Shown here piece by piece: positions 9,166 to 18,998 of a DNA stretch of 35,186 nt. The stretch lies in contig LT642200.1 in the NCBI GenBank assembly GCA_900128585.1, forward strand, positions 1-35,186. Reading direction: 5' to 3'. How positions within the stretch are numbered: the first letter of the stretch is position 1; every line of letters begins with the position of its first letter. The position numbers and the translations under genes were made by a program. Source of the DNA: Stramenopiles sp. TOSAG23-3. Lineage: Eukaryota. The notes below the pieces were generated by a model. That model was not told the DNA's origin, did no database searches, and saw nothing but the letters and a program-made list of their open reading frames with translations.

Positions 9166-9861
9166 ATGCAATTTTCTAACAACAATGTCGTAGATCAGAC
9201 CTCGGCCTTCGTGAAAAACTCCTTGGCGGGAAACGACGCTTCCCACGATTTTGCTCATATTGAAAGGGTATTTGCTGTCGCGAAGACGATTGCAAAAGAA
9301 GAGAACTGTGCGCCTGATGAGTGTGAAGTGGTAGCCTTGGCGGCCTTGCTGCACGACATTGACGATTGGAAATACAGCGGGAGTGAAACTGCGGGTGTAG
9401 AGGCCGCAAAAGCATTTCTTTCGGGGATAAATTACCCACCCCAGCTGACGGATCGAATCTGCTGGATCATTCAAAGGGTGTCCTTTCACGATGAAATAGG
9501 ACGAACGAAGGAGGAAGTCGAAAAAATGTCAAAAGATAAATTGCTCTGCATCGTACAAGATGCAGACCGCCTGGATGCCATCGGGGCAATAGGAATTGCG
9601 CGATGTTTTACGTACGGCGGAAAGAAGGGGAGGCCTTTCTACGACGGCAGCGGGAAAGAAAATATTGTTCGGGCCATATCCAAAGAAGACTACATGTCCG
9701 CAGGCAAAAATGCCCCGACAATCGATCATTTCTACGAAAAATTATTACTTTTAAAGGATATGATGAAGACCGAGGGGGGGAAACGAATCGCAGAAGGCAG
9801 GCATGAATTCATGAAGAGCTTTTTGCAGCAATTCTCGCACGAAATCAATGGCAAGGCTTGA
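9166..9861 (+). CDS. HD-domain phosphohydrolase (YpgQ/YedJ-like)
   Basis: Motifs SHDFAHIERV, AALLHDIDDWKY, VQDADRLDAIGAIGIARCFTYGG and TIDHFYEKLLLLKDMMKTEGGKRIA. Confidence 0.92.
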   Translation: MQFSNNNVVDQTSAFVKNSLAGNDASHDFAHIERVFAVAKTIAKEENCAPDECEVVALAALLHDIDDWKYSGSETAGVEAAKAFLSGINYPPQLTDRICWIIQRVSFHDEIGRTKEEVEKMSKDKLLCIVQDADRLDAIGAIGIARCFTYGGKKGRPFYDGSGKENIVRAISKEDYMSAGKNAPTIDHFYEKLLLLKDMMKTEGGKRIAEGRHEFMKSFLQQFSHEINGKA

Positions 9862-10181
9862 ACGGACGCGGTTTATAAAGAATAAATATAATTTAATATC
9901 ATATGAACTCTTATCATATCAAAAAAACAAATTATATCTAGTATATATTCAGACGCTCACTTTAGAAAAACAAATTATAAAGCACTTTAAAAATAAACTT
10001 ATGGCTGCTATTTACGTAATTAAAATTAATGTACTGCGAACTGAACTCTACTGGTGTGATTTTAGTAAATCAATATATCCTTGTCACTTTGACTTTTTAT
10101 CATTTATTTCTTTTTTCGTTGTTTGTCGAGTGTCTTATTCGAATGAACTTTTACCAAAGTGATAATGTTTTTATTTTTGTT

Positions 10182-10339
10182 ATAGAGGTGATCTGTGTAT
10201 TCAACAAATCGATTCTTCTCCCTGACGAAGTCCCTGAACTCTTATGATATGATATGATAAATATGATATGATATCATAGAGGTGATCTGTGTATTCAACA
10301 AATCGATTCTTCTCCCGGTCGAAGTCCCTGAACTTTTAT
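10182..10339. repeat. 64-bp direct repeat (2 copies) separated by a (GATAT)n tract
   Basis: 10182-10245 and 10276-10339 match at 61 of 64 positions; the 30-nt spacer is GATATGATATGATAAATATGATATGATATC. Confidence 0.95.
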
Positions 10340-10467
10340 CAAAAACTAATGCGATAAATAAATTCTTATAATGATTCTGGTATAAGATATCATAGGACGC
10401 GTACGCTCTCGTCATCTTGTAGAGCCGAGCAGAGTTAATACCAAATGTCCTGCCCGCACCGTCAACC

Positions 10468-12855
10468 TTACTCGTCGCTTTGCTTTGTTACAAAGCGGCA
10501 CAAGCAAATGGCAAAGGCGGTAAATGCCGGAACCGGGTACTGAAAATCGACGTTGAAGCGATCCGCGTCCCTGCCCATCTGGACGAGGACGTTGGACACG
10601 TCGTCCGTGTCGATTGTCCCCAGCGGGGACTGGTCGTACTTGGCTTTTAGGTACCGGTCTTGAGGCGGGCTCACCACCAGCTGAAAATTCTTGACAGACG
10701 TTTCGTTCGCTCGTCCCATGAAATCAATCAAATTCGAGGTGCGGCCAGAAGACCATGTACGGTTGTGCATGCACATCATCCGCTCCCGGCACATAATGTT
10801 CTGGGCGCCTTTGATAATGATTCGTTTGAACCAGCTGCGCATGGTGTCCTCGTTCGTGATGGGCCTCCACTCCACTGTATGCTCCGTACCGTCGGCCGTT
10901 GCAATGATAGAGGGTATGCATACCTCCATCCGCCTGTCCGCCTCCGTCTGCTTCGACCGTTGGAAAAGCATAACGCCCATTTCCTTCCGGACAACGCTCT
11001 CACGGCTCATGTTTTTTCCAAAAAATTCTTTGTGGGAAGCGTTCAGCACGTCGACGGGGTTCAGCCCACGGTCGTACAGCGTGTACTCCGTCTCGCCGTG
11101 GGACGACTGCAGTTTCCCCAGGTACCCAGAGCCACGCTTAGAGTGCGACTTGTTCAGGTCCTTTTCGTCCAGAGAGATCAGCACGTTGGTCTTCGCGGTC
11201 ATGGACTTTTTCTGGGCAACCATCAGCAGCCGCGGGGGGGTTTCGGGCCCCTGCTCCAGGTACAGCCGGTAAACCGGGTTCAGCTTTTTCTTGATCCCAG
11301 ACCGGTCCCGCTCGATGTAGCACCGGACAAACCTGTCTTCCCCGCCAGTGGGCGGGTTCAACAACCACTGGATCAGCTCGTCGCGCCCCTGCGGAACGTT
11401 CGCCGGGTTGTAGTACCGCATGATGCTGTCCCCAACGCTCGAATCGTCCTCGCTGATCAACGATTTCGGCGACCCGGCCGCGTCCCAATCCTCCGCGTTC
11501 GACTTGGACGATGACGTGTCCCTTGGGTGGACCCCCTCCCCTTCGTACTCCAAATCATCCGCCTCGCCGTCGACGTTCGCCTTGGCCTCCCGTTCCTGCT
11601 GGCGCCTCCGCCTCCGCTCCTCCTCTTCGGCCTCCTCCATGGCTTCTTCCATCTCTCGCTGCCTCCGGCGCTCTGCCTTTCGGCGCTCAAACTCGGCCTC
11701 TTCCTTGTCCAGCTCCATCTGGCGCTCCCGCCGTCTCCGCCCCGCGGCGTCCTCCCCGTCGTCCTTCAGCTTTTCGCCTTCCATGTCGGCAACTTCCCCA
11801 TAAAAATCTGACTCGAACTTGTCCCTGTCGTCCCCGCTACCAACATCATCGCGGTCATCGCGCCGCCCATCGCCGTCCCGGCCCGCCCCTAGCTTTTTGG
11901 TGGTCGGCCCGGCCCGCATAATGTTGGAGGGGACTTTGTTCCTGCCGCCGCCGCCCCGCTCCCTATCGTCGTCGTCGTCACTGTCCCCGCCGCCGAGCAC
12001 GTCACCGTGGGTGTCGGTCTTCCGGCCCTTCCCGCGCCGGATGGAGCGGTTCTTTGGCTGCTCGTACCGGCCCCCGTCCCCGGCGCCCCGCCTCGTGGAG
12101 CGCCCTTTGGCGCTGGCGGACGTGCTGCCGCCCTTGGGGGTCTGCACTTCCCACTCGTGCGAGAACACGTCCTTCACCCGGTCCCCGACCCCGAAGAGCG
12201 GGTGCGCGTCCCCGTCGTCGTCCGAGTTGGAGTTGTCCCCCTCTCGTGTATCTTTATTCACGACCTCCTTGCGAATCTGTTTATAAATATCGCCGCCCCC
12301 CTCTCCGCTCGCACCCATGTCTCCCCCGATCTCGATCGCGGCCTGGCGGGCGAAGCGGGACACTGCCGGCTTCCCTTTGGGCGGGGGGACCTTGCGCCCC
12401 CCCGCCGCGCTGTTTTTGGCCATTTTCGCCCGAAACATGGCTCGGGCGTTCAGATTCGCCGACTTCGGCGGGGGGCTCGACGGGGGCGCCATGCCCGATT
12501 GGAGCTGTTTCCTCACCATGCTGACCGCCCCACTCGGCCTCGCCCCACGCGGGGGGGCGCCCCGGGGGGGAGGCACGCCTTTCTTCGGCGGCGGCACCCT
12601 CTCCGAGACTTTCCCTTCGGCCACTTTCCCTTCATCTCTGTGGGAAACTTTCCCTTCGTCTTCCTCGTCGTCCCGTCGCCGGTTCATGGACGGCAAAATG
12701 TGTTCCCTGCTGTCCTCGTCGTCGGAGTCCGACCCATGGTTCCATTCCCTGCTCCTCGAGGAGACCACTTTCTTTCCAAGTTTCGTAAAGGCCGTCTGCC
12801 GGCGAGTGTCCAAATAGTCGTCCTCGTCCAGCTCCTCGCCGTACTTGCGAGACAT
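10468..12855 (-). CDS. Tubby-like protein with long low-complexity N-terminus
   Basis: C-terminal Tubby domain (VRCYIERDRSG...YRLYLE...LLMVAQKK...YLGKL...YTLYDRGLNP...DFMGRANETSVKNFQL...QMGR...FNVDFQYP...AFAICL). First ATG is at 12855; the ORF-track start at 12900 is non-ATG. Confidence 0.88.
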   Translation of the reverse strand: MSRKYGEELDEDDYLDTRRQTAFTKLGKKVVSSRSREWNHGSDSDDEDSREHILPSMNRRRDDEEDEGKVSHRDEGKVAEGKVSERVPPPKKGVPPPRGAPPRGARPSGAVSMVRKQLQSGMAPPSSPPPKSANLNARAMFRAKMAKNSAAGGRKVPPPKGKPAVSRFARQAAIEIGGDMGASGEGGGDIYKQIRKEVVNKDTREGDNSNSDDDGDAHPLFGVGDRVKDVFSHEWEVQTPKGGSTSASAKGRSTRRGAGDGGRYEQPKNRSIRRGKGRKTDTHGDVLGGGDSDDDDDRERGGGGRNKVPSNIMRAGPTTKKLGAGRDGDGRRDDRDDVGSGDDRDKFESDFYGEVADMEGEKLKDDGEDAAGRRRRERQMELDKEEAEFERRKAERRRQREMEEAMEEAEEEERRRRRQQEREAKANVDGEADDLEYEGEGVHPRDTSSSKSNAEDWDAAGSPKSLISEDDSSVGDSIMRYYNPANVPQGRDELIQWLLNPPTGGEDRFVRCYIERDRSGIKKKLNPVYRLYLEQGPETPPRLLMVAQKKSMTAKTNVLISLDEKDLNKSHSKRGSGYLGKLQSSHGETEYTLYDRGLNPVDVLNASHKEFFGKNMSRESVVRKEMGVMLFQRSKQTEADRRMEVCIPSIIATADGTEHTVEWRPITNEDTMRSWFKRIIIKGAQNIMCRERMMCMHNRTWSSGRTSNLIDFMGRANETSVKNFQLVVSPPQDRYLKAKYDQSPLGTIDTDDVSNVLVQMGRDADRFNVDFQYPVPAFTAFAICLCRFVTKQSDE

Positions 12856-13352
12856 TGCAGTTTGAGTAGGAAAGGGGGGAGAGGGGGGAGAGAGAGACAC
12901 ACGTACGCAAACTAACCAACGTAGTAGAAATCACACACAAACACTCTTTGACTCAATTCACACTTGTATATGTCTTATTTTGTTTTCTTAAATCCTTCGC
13001 ACACATTCTATTGTTTACTTTTTTCCGTTGGTACAAAGTGAAATGTGTTGCTCTCTGTTGTGTGATGATGATGAATGACTAAATTATTATAATTTTTTTT
13101 TTTTTTTTTTAAATATAATAAATAATACTACAGTGTTGGTTGTGTCTAGTAGTTAGTATATAACTACAAATTAGATACACACAGTACATGAATACAAAGA
13201 AAGAAAGAAAGCAAAAAAAATCCAATGGAATAGTAAGTAGAAAGTCAATAAAAAAAGGAAAAATGAAATTAAAAAAAAAATCATATGTAATTATAGTTTT
13301 AGAGATAGAGAGTGTAAAAAGTACATTTCAACATTTTAATTTATTAAGTAGG

Positions 13353-13457
<105 letters not shown>

Positions 13458-14349
13458 TTCAATATTTATTATAGGACTATCGTATCACAATCATCAGTAG
13501 AAGAAAAAAGGAGAGAAGGTTAGATTAAATGTAATACTGTACACTTTTATTAATAAAAAAACAAAAAATGAACCAAAATACTTGGTATAAAGAAGAGTTT
13601 ATTTTAGATTTTAGAAGAAGAGTGTACATTATTTATATACATATTTATATATATTTATAGTTAAGTAGCTATTACATTATACAGTAGTCATCTAAAAGTA
13701 AGTAATTTTTTTTGATTTAGCAACAGCTAACGAAGTAGAGAGAGCAGAGACTAAAACTTGGATAAATCAGACGACCGTCGGAATTTTTTGAAATTTAGTA
13801 TTTATTTTTAATTACTTCCTTCCAGTGACATAGATACCATATAATACAATAGAGAAGAATGTACCAACAGTAATTTCTCCACTCCAGGACATATTATGTA
13901 TTAGCTAACTAAACACAAAAGAAATTCACAACGGCAAATATCCAAATCCTCCTAATTTAAAACAAACAAAAATTCTCCCAAACAAGATGACTGACTACTA
14001 CTGTAACAACTAATAATTATAAATAATTTAAAAGGAAGAAGAAGAAAAAGAAGAAGAAGGCAAATTAATTAAAATGACATTCGATTTTATTTTTATTATG
14101 GATGGACGGACTTTTATACTTATATCATATTTATGTTTACTGGTAGTCGCCTATAATACTATTCAATATAAATAAAATAATTAAGATAGATAGAAGGAAG
14201 GAAGGAAGGAAGGACGATGATGAATGAAGATATAAATAGAGAGAGGAAGGAAGAAGGAAGAAGATGAAACCGGGGTACCAACACCTACCGTAATATTTAA
14301 TATTACCAGTATACTACTATATAATACCATGGCGGCGGCGGGTAGAATA

Positions 14350-14393
14350 GAAGAAGAAGAAGAAGAAGAAGAAGAAGAAGAAGAAGAAGAAGA
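14350..14393. repeat. (GAA)n microsatellite
   Basis: About 14 GAA units upstream of CAF1. Confidence 0.95.
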
Positions 14394-14568
14394 TTGAAAG
14401 AAGAAAAAAAAACACCACCACGGACGACGACAAAGTAAGAATTAGAAATGACGAGACTTTAATTCAATCATTGACAAACGAACACTATCTTTACATGTTC
14501 ATCAAGTTTAAATATTTAACCGAACAGTTCGGACAGCATTAGAGAACACATTGTTTCGTGTGTAAGCG

Positions 14569-15537
14569 ATGATGCAAAACTTTGTGTCAAACTTGCAACA
14601 GCAGCAAGCCAAGGGGGGCGCCAATAATATCATGCCAATTCCGTCCATGTTCGGTATGGGGCAAGGGACCTTTCGCCCGCAGGCGGCTGGGGAGGCGAAT
14701 GCGGGGGCGAATCCCGCTCAAGCCCAGACAAAAACGTCTGTCTTTTCCTATGCTGGGCAGCGTCTAGAGATCCGCGACGTCTATAGGGAGACGTTGGAGC
14801 AAGAGTTAGCCTGCATCCGTGCCCTGATCCCAAAATACAAATACGTTGCCATGGACACGGAGTTCCCTGGCATCGTGGCGCGGCCGATTGGGGAGAACAA
14901 CCCGGAACAGCAGTACCAAACCTTGCGGTGCAACGTAGACCTCCTCAAGATCATTCAGCTCGGTGTGGCATTTCTGGACGAGAACGGAAACGTCGCCCCA
15001 GGGTGCCCCTGCTGGCAGTTTAACTTCAAGTTTAGTTTGGAAGACGACATGTACGCGCAAGACTCCATCGAGTTGCTGCAGCGTTCCGGGATCGACTTTG
15101 ATGCCCACAACGAGCGTGGGATCGACGTCCACGATTTTGGGGAGCTCTTGATCAGCTCTGGGCTAGTGCTCGTGCCCAACGTCACCTGGATTACCTTCCA
15201 CGGGGGTTACGACTTTGGTTACTTGCTGAAAGTGCTGACCTGCAAGCCTTTGCCGGCGGACGAGGCAAGTTTTTTTGAGCTACTGCGCACGTATTTCCCG
15301 TCGATCTACGACGAAAAGTACATGGCAAAGACGTCCAGTGGGTTTACGGGCGGGCTGAATCAGTTGGCGGATGAGCTAGGGGTAGAACGCATCGGGCAAA
15401 TGCACCAAGCAGGTAGTGATAGTTTGTTGACGGGTCAAGTGTTTTTCAAAATGCGGGACAAATTGATGCAGGGGAAGGTGGCAATCACAGAAAATGTTCT
15501 GTATGGCTTGGGAACGGACCGGCAGATCATTTACTAA
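14569..15537 (+). CDS. CAF1: CCR4-NOT deadenylase subunit CAF1/POP2/CNOT7 (DEDD nuclease)
   Basis: Motifs YVAMDTEFPGIVARP, YQTLRCNVDLLKIIQLG, WQFNFKFSLEDDMYAQDSIELL, WITFHGGYDFGYLLK and HQAGSDSLLT; catalytic residues intact. Confidence 0.97.
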   Translation: MMQNFVSNLQQQQAKGGANNIMPIPSMFGMGQGTFRPQAAGEANAGANPAQAQTKTSVFSYAGQRLEIRDVYRETLEQELACIRALIPKYKYVAMDTEFPGIVARPIGENNPEQQYQTLRCNVDLLKIIQLGVAFLDENGNVAPGCPCWQFNFKFSLEDDMYAQDSIELLQRSGIDFDAHNERGIDVHDFGELLISSGLVLVPNVTWITFHGGYDFGYLLKVLTCKPLPADEASFFELLRTYFPSIYDEKYMAKTSSGFTGGLNQLADELGVERIGQMHQAGSDSLLTGQVFFKMRDKLMQGKVAITENVLYGLGTDRQIIY

Positions 15538-15815
15538 GAGCGGGAAGCAGTTTATTTAACGTCATCATGTATCATGAAAAAACAAATTATATAGTATGCT
15601 TTAAGACTCTCATTTTATGTCAATTACGATTTCTATACATGATATATTTTTAATTTGCTCGTGCGCGTATACCACTAAGAACCTTAACAACACAAGTTTA
15701 ATAAATACACTCGTATTTATAATTTAATGATTTTTTAGAGAGACGCGCCGTACGTTGTTCCTTAAAGTACTAAACTTAGCGTTGATTTTAAATTACCCAC
15801 ACTCGTCCAGTCACC

Positions 15816-17276
15816 TCAGCTGTCCTCCCGTTTAGGGGTGGGCGCCCGGAGCACGGTCTTCTCCATCATCTCGCTGAGCAGGGTCCGGTACCGGGTAATC
15901 TCGCTTTGGTCCGTCCACCGGTCTACCGAGTCTCGGTCCTGCCCGCTGGCAATCTTCTCCGAGTACAGCAAGCACGCCACGCCGCAGTCGAAGCTCGTTA
16001 GCTGGTGCTGGGCCGTGATGGCGCTGATGGATGCGCTCGGCCAATCCTTTGGCATGGGCTTCGAGGGCATCGGCTGGCTTCCGCCGCTGGCCTTCAGCTG
16101 CCGGGTCCCCCCTATAGACTCGAGGGACGCCACCAAGTTCTTCATCGGCCACATGCTCTCCAGCCAGTTGAACAGACGTTTGGGCAAGTTCCTTGCCGAA
16201 ACCTTGGAGGTCCCGTCCGCCCGCGAGATGCGAGACGGCTTCCCCATCGGTTCAAACAGCTGGAGCTCCGGCTGCGGGCTAAGAATCAGCCGCACGACGT
16301 TCCAATGGCGGTTCATGACGTTGAAGGTAAAAATCATCTCCCGCGCCGCCGTGGGGTCCACCGTATTCCCCAGGACGTCCGTCAGTTCCATAGTCTTCAG
16401 CTTGTTCTGGACGTGCGCCCGCTGCAAATCGTGCGCCGCAAACATGGTCGGCAAAAAGACTACTTTCCGGTATTTCTTGGCAAAGATACAGAACACAAAA
16501 TCCATGAACGCCCCGCTCAGCCACCCGTGCTCGTCGTTCATGTCGAACTCCAAAAGGTTTGACACCGCGTCCGCCCCCTCCACGCCGCACAACGACCGCG
16601 CCGGGGTCCGGGGCAGGGAGGTCTTCTCCTCGCTGTTCCCCCGCCCTAGGACCCGGTGGTTGGAGCTTCCCCCAAGCACGGACAAAAAGGTCGGCCGGCA
16701 CAGGCGCTTCTCCTCCGCCTGCCTCCTGCTTCGGCGCGGGCCCTGCGCCAGGTTTCGGTACGTCAGGTCGAGCCGGGTTGCCCTCCCGTCCGACACCCGG
16801 AGCCGCTTGGCGGACGGGTGGTACGCTCCCGAGGCGCCGCCGGGTGCCGCCCGCCCCTTCCCCACGTCGCACCCCGGGTCGGCCCTCTGCACAAAAATGT
16901 CAGCAATGTGTTTCGGTATGGTGGAAAACGTTGCTTTTCTAAACCGGGCAACGTGGTGAAGCAAGTCCGACACGGAAGCCCTCCACGCCCGGAACTCGTG
17001 GTTCCCAAAATTGTACCCCTCGACCAAGCTGTCCGGCGTGAACCTCTCCAGGGCGCCAGGCGTCGTCAGCACCTCCCGCCCCTCCCCGCACACATATACA
17101 TTGCACCGGCCCTTGGACACCCAAAGGAGCCGCCCGGCCAACGGGAACCCTTCCCCCATATTTGCCAATCGCACGGCGGACTCTTTCAGCCATACCAAAT
17201 CCCCCTTTGAAAAGTTTTTCTTCTTTCCTTTGTTCCGACCACCACCCGACGACCGTGGGGAGGCAACCGAGGCCAT
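15816..17276 (-). CDS. Ulp1/SENP-like (C48) cysteine protease with N-terminal PWWP-like domain
   Basis: GWLSGAFMDF, FNVMNRHWNVV (His), LFEPM (acidic), QHQLTSFDCGV (oxyanion Gln and catalytic Cys). N-terminal FSKGDLVWLKE...GFPLAGRL...CNVYVCGEGREV...LERF resembles PWWP. Confidence 0.72.
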   Translation of the reverse strand: MASVASPRSSGGGRNKGKKKNFSKGDLVWLKESAVRLANMGEGFPLAGRLLWVSKGRCNVYVCGEGREVLTTPGALERFTPDSLVEGYNFGNHEFRAWRASVSDLLHHVARFRKATFSTIPKHIADIFVQRADPGCDVGKGRAAPGGASGAYHPSAKRLRVSDGRATRLDLTYRNLAQGPRRSRRQAEEKRLCRPTFLSVLGGSSNHRVLGRGNSEEKTSLPRTPARSLCGVEGADAVSNLLEFDMNDEHGWLSGAFMDFVFCIFAKKYRKVVFLPTMFAAHDLQRAHVQNKLKTMELTDVLGNTVDPTAAREMIFTFNVMNRHWNVVRLILSPQPELQLFEPMGKPSRISRADGTSKVSARNLPKRLFNWLESMWPMKNLVASLESIGGTRQLKASGGSQPMPSKPMPKDWPSASISAITAQHQLTSFDCGVACLLYSEKIASGQDRDSVDRWTDQSEITRYRTLLSEMMEKTVLRAPTPKREDS

Positions 17277-18108
17277 GTGATGATGCTCCTCCTATGTCGA
17301 CTTGGCAAAAAAGGGCGTTCCTTCCTTTTCTTTCGTTCTATATGGTGGTGTTCGTTTATTCTACCAAATACCCTTGCTTCGTTTGATAAATCCACTTTTT
17401 GCTTTGTTGACAATCATTTCATAAATCCTGTTAACTTCCTTTTCTTCTTCTCACATGACATAGTATAATACGTATTATATTTTATTATTACTTTTTTTTT
17501 TAAATAATATTTTTTTATTTTATATTATTATTACGTACACGTACTTTTACACTTCTTCTTCTTCTTTCTTCTCCTCTTCTTTTATTTCTTAAGTGAAAAA
17601 ATAAAATATCATCTTCTTCTCTCTTCTTCTCTCTTCTGTCGTAAATATATATTTAAGTATACATAGCACAGGCGGCGAACATCGCATCGCATCGCACCTG
17701 AGACCTGCTGAGATGCTGAGGTGCTGAGGGCTGAGGGAGGGCCCTGAACGAAATTTGAAACGAAATGAATACTATGTACCTGTTATATTTATATTATAGA
17801 TCATCATCATCCGCCCCTCCTCTCCTCCCTTCACCGCTCATCGCCAAGCCCTCTGCCCTCTTCTCTCTTCTCTCTTCTCCTCCATCACACCACCACCCGA
17901 CCCCCCAAATAGAACACTAAAAAACATTCGATTTCATGTTTTCTTTGTTGGTATATGATACTGATTTAAATATATACACTCGTAGTTGTAACTCATCTAC
18001 GACTACGTTGGATCAAAATGATGTGTAAACAACGTCAAGAAACAAAAAAGCAACGATTACACAATCGAACGGATATAGAATTATATATATACATACACAC
18101 ACACAACC

Positions 18109-18648
18109 ATGGGGGTAAAATTATCGAAGAAAGCGTTGCAGGTCGCCACTAAGAACCAGCTGGCGAACGCCGAGCGGCAGGTAGCGAGCAGGCGCCCAGG
18201 GACGCTTGACAAGAGCGGGTTGGAACGTTTGCCGACGTCGAACATGATAAATGCCTCTGAACAGATGCTAAGTGAGAATAAGCACGTCATTGGTGAAGGA
18301 TATAACACTGAATTAGGGAAGAATTTAGAGACACTGACCGGATCCATACTCCAGAGCTCAGATTTTGTTCTTCCGCAACGTTCGAACCCGGCGATGATAA
18401 GCTCCTTGCCCCGCGTGGAAAGGACCACCGCTGCTGCTATGTTGGAGTACACGAAAAAGTACTACAAGAGCAATAGTCAGACGTTTCCTGACAGTACCGC
18501 ACTAGCCAAGGAGTTCGATGTGGACGAGGAGGTTGTGGCAACCCTTTTGAAGTACCATGCAGTGGCTTCCACGGTGGACAGGGTGGACGGGGGCCAGGCC
18601 ATCAGTCTCGGTCTGTGGCCTTACCCAAGGCCCGATGGTAGTACGTAG
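18109..18648 (+). CDS. NDUFAF4 (UPF0240)-like complex I assembly factor, divergent
   Basis: N-terminal MGVKLSK (MGxxxS myristoylation pattern) and AERQV. C-terminal ALAKEFDVDEEVVATLLKYH resembles NDUFAF4 IAQEYQL...VNSLLKYF. The 179-aa size fits the family. Confidence 0.55.
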   Translation: MGVKLSKKALQVATKNQLANAERQVASRRPGTLDKSGLERLPTSNMINASEQMLSENKHVIGEGYNTELGKNLETLTGSILQSSDFVLPQRSNPAMISSLPRVERTTAAAMLEYTKKYYKSNSQTFPDSTALAKEFDVDEEVVATLLKYHAVASTVDRVDGGQAISLGLWPYPRPDGST

Positions 18649-18998
18649 TAAAGAGGTTCGTACGTGCGTTCGTTAGACTCTGTGGTGTGCGTCCGCGTGC
18701 GTTGTATTTTTGATTTTTTGTACATAATAAGTTTCTTTTATACACGTAAACGCTTCTATTGTTTTGGAAATACTGTTGGGGTGATCAGGTCCAACGCACG
18801 GTATGCTAGATCTCCCGGACCCTGGCACAGAAGAAGTAAAAGGAATGAAAAGATGTTCCCAAACGAAACGGCGTGGCGCGACTACTCCGGTAAATGTTAA
18901 AACTAAAAGCCGTAGGAACACAAAAAAAAACGTACACGCGCTAAAACCTAAAACACTACGCTCTCTCGATCTTGCACTCTCTCTCTCTCCCGTAAAAC

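Noticed and set aside
9166-9861. HD hydrolase as a recent bacterial horizontal transfer
   Set aside because: The YpgQ-like family is also present in many eukaryotes, and composition matches neighbouring genes; a phylogeny would be required.
10182-10339. Repeat-spacer-repeat as a CRISPR array or LTR pair
   Set aside because: Only two 64-bp copies, the spacer is a microsatellite, there are no cas genes, the context is eukaryotic, and there are no TG...CA ends or internal coding region.
10660-12915. Long antisense and alternative-frame ORFs over the Tubby gene (e.g. 284 and 302 aa)
   Set aside because: Expected shadow ORFs of GC-rich coding sequence; no motifs and no independent start context.
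15838-16959. 373-aa antisense ORF over the Ulp1-like gene
   Set aside because: Exact codon mirror of a GC-rich sense CDS with no recognisable domain; the same applies to shadow ORFs over the RBR, RPN5, JmjC and kinase genes.
17680-17740. GCATC and GCTGAG short repeats as a structured RNA gene
   Set aside because: Degenerate short tandem repeats; no tRNA or snRNA hallmarks recognised.
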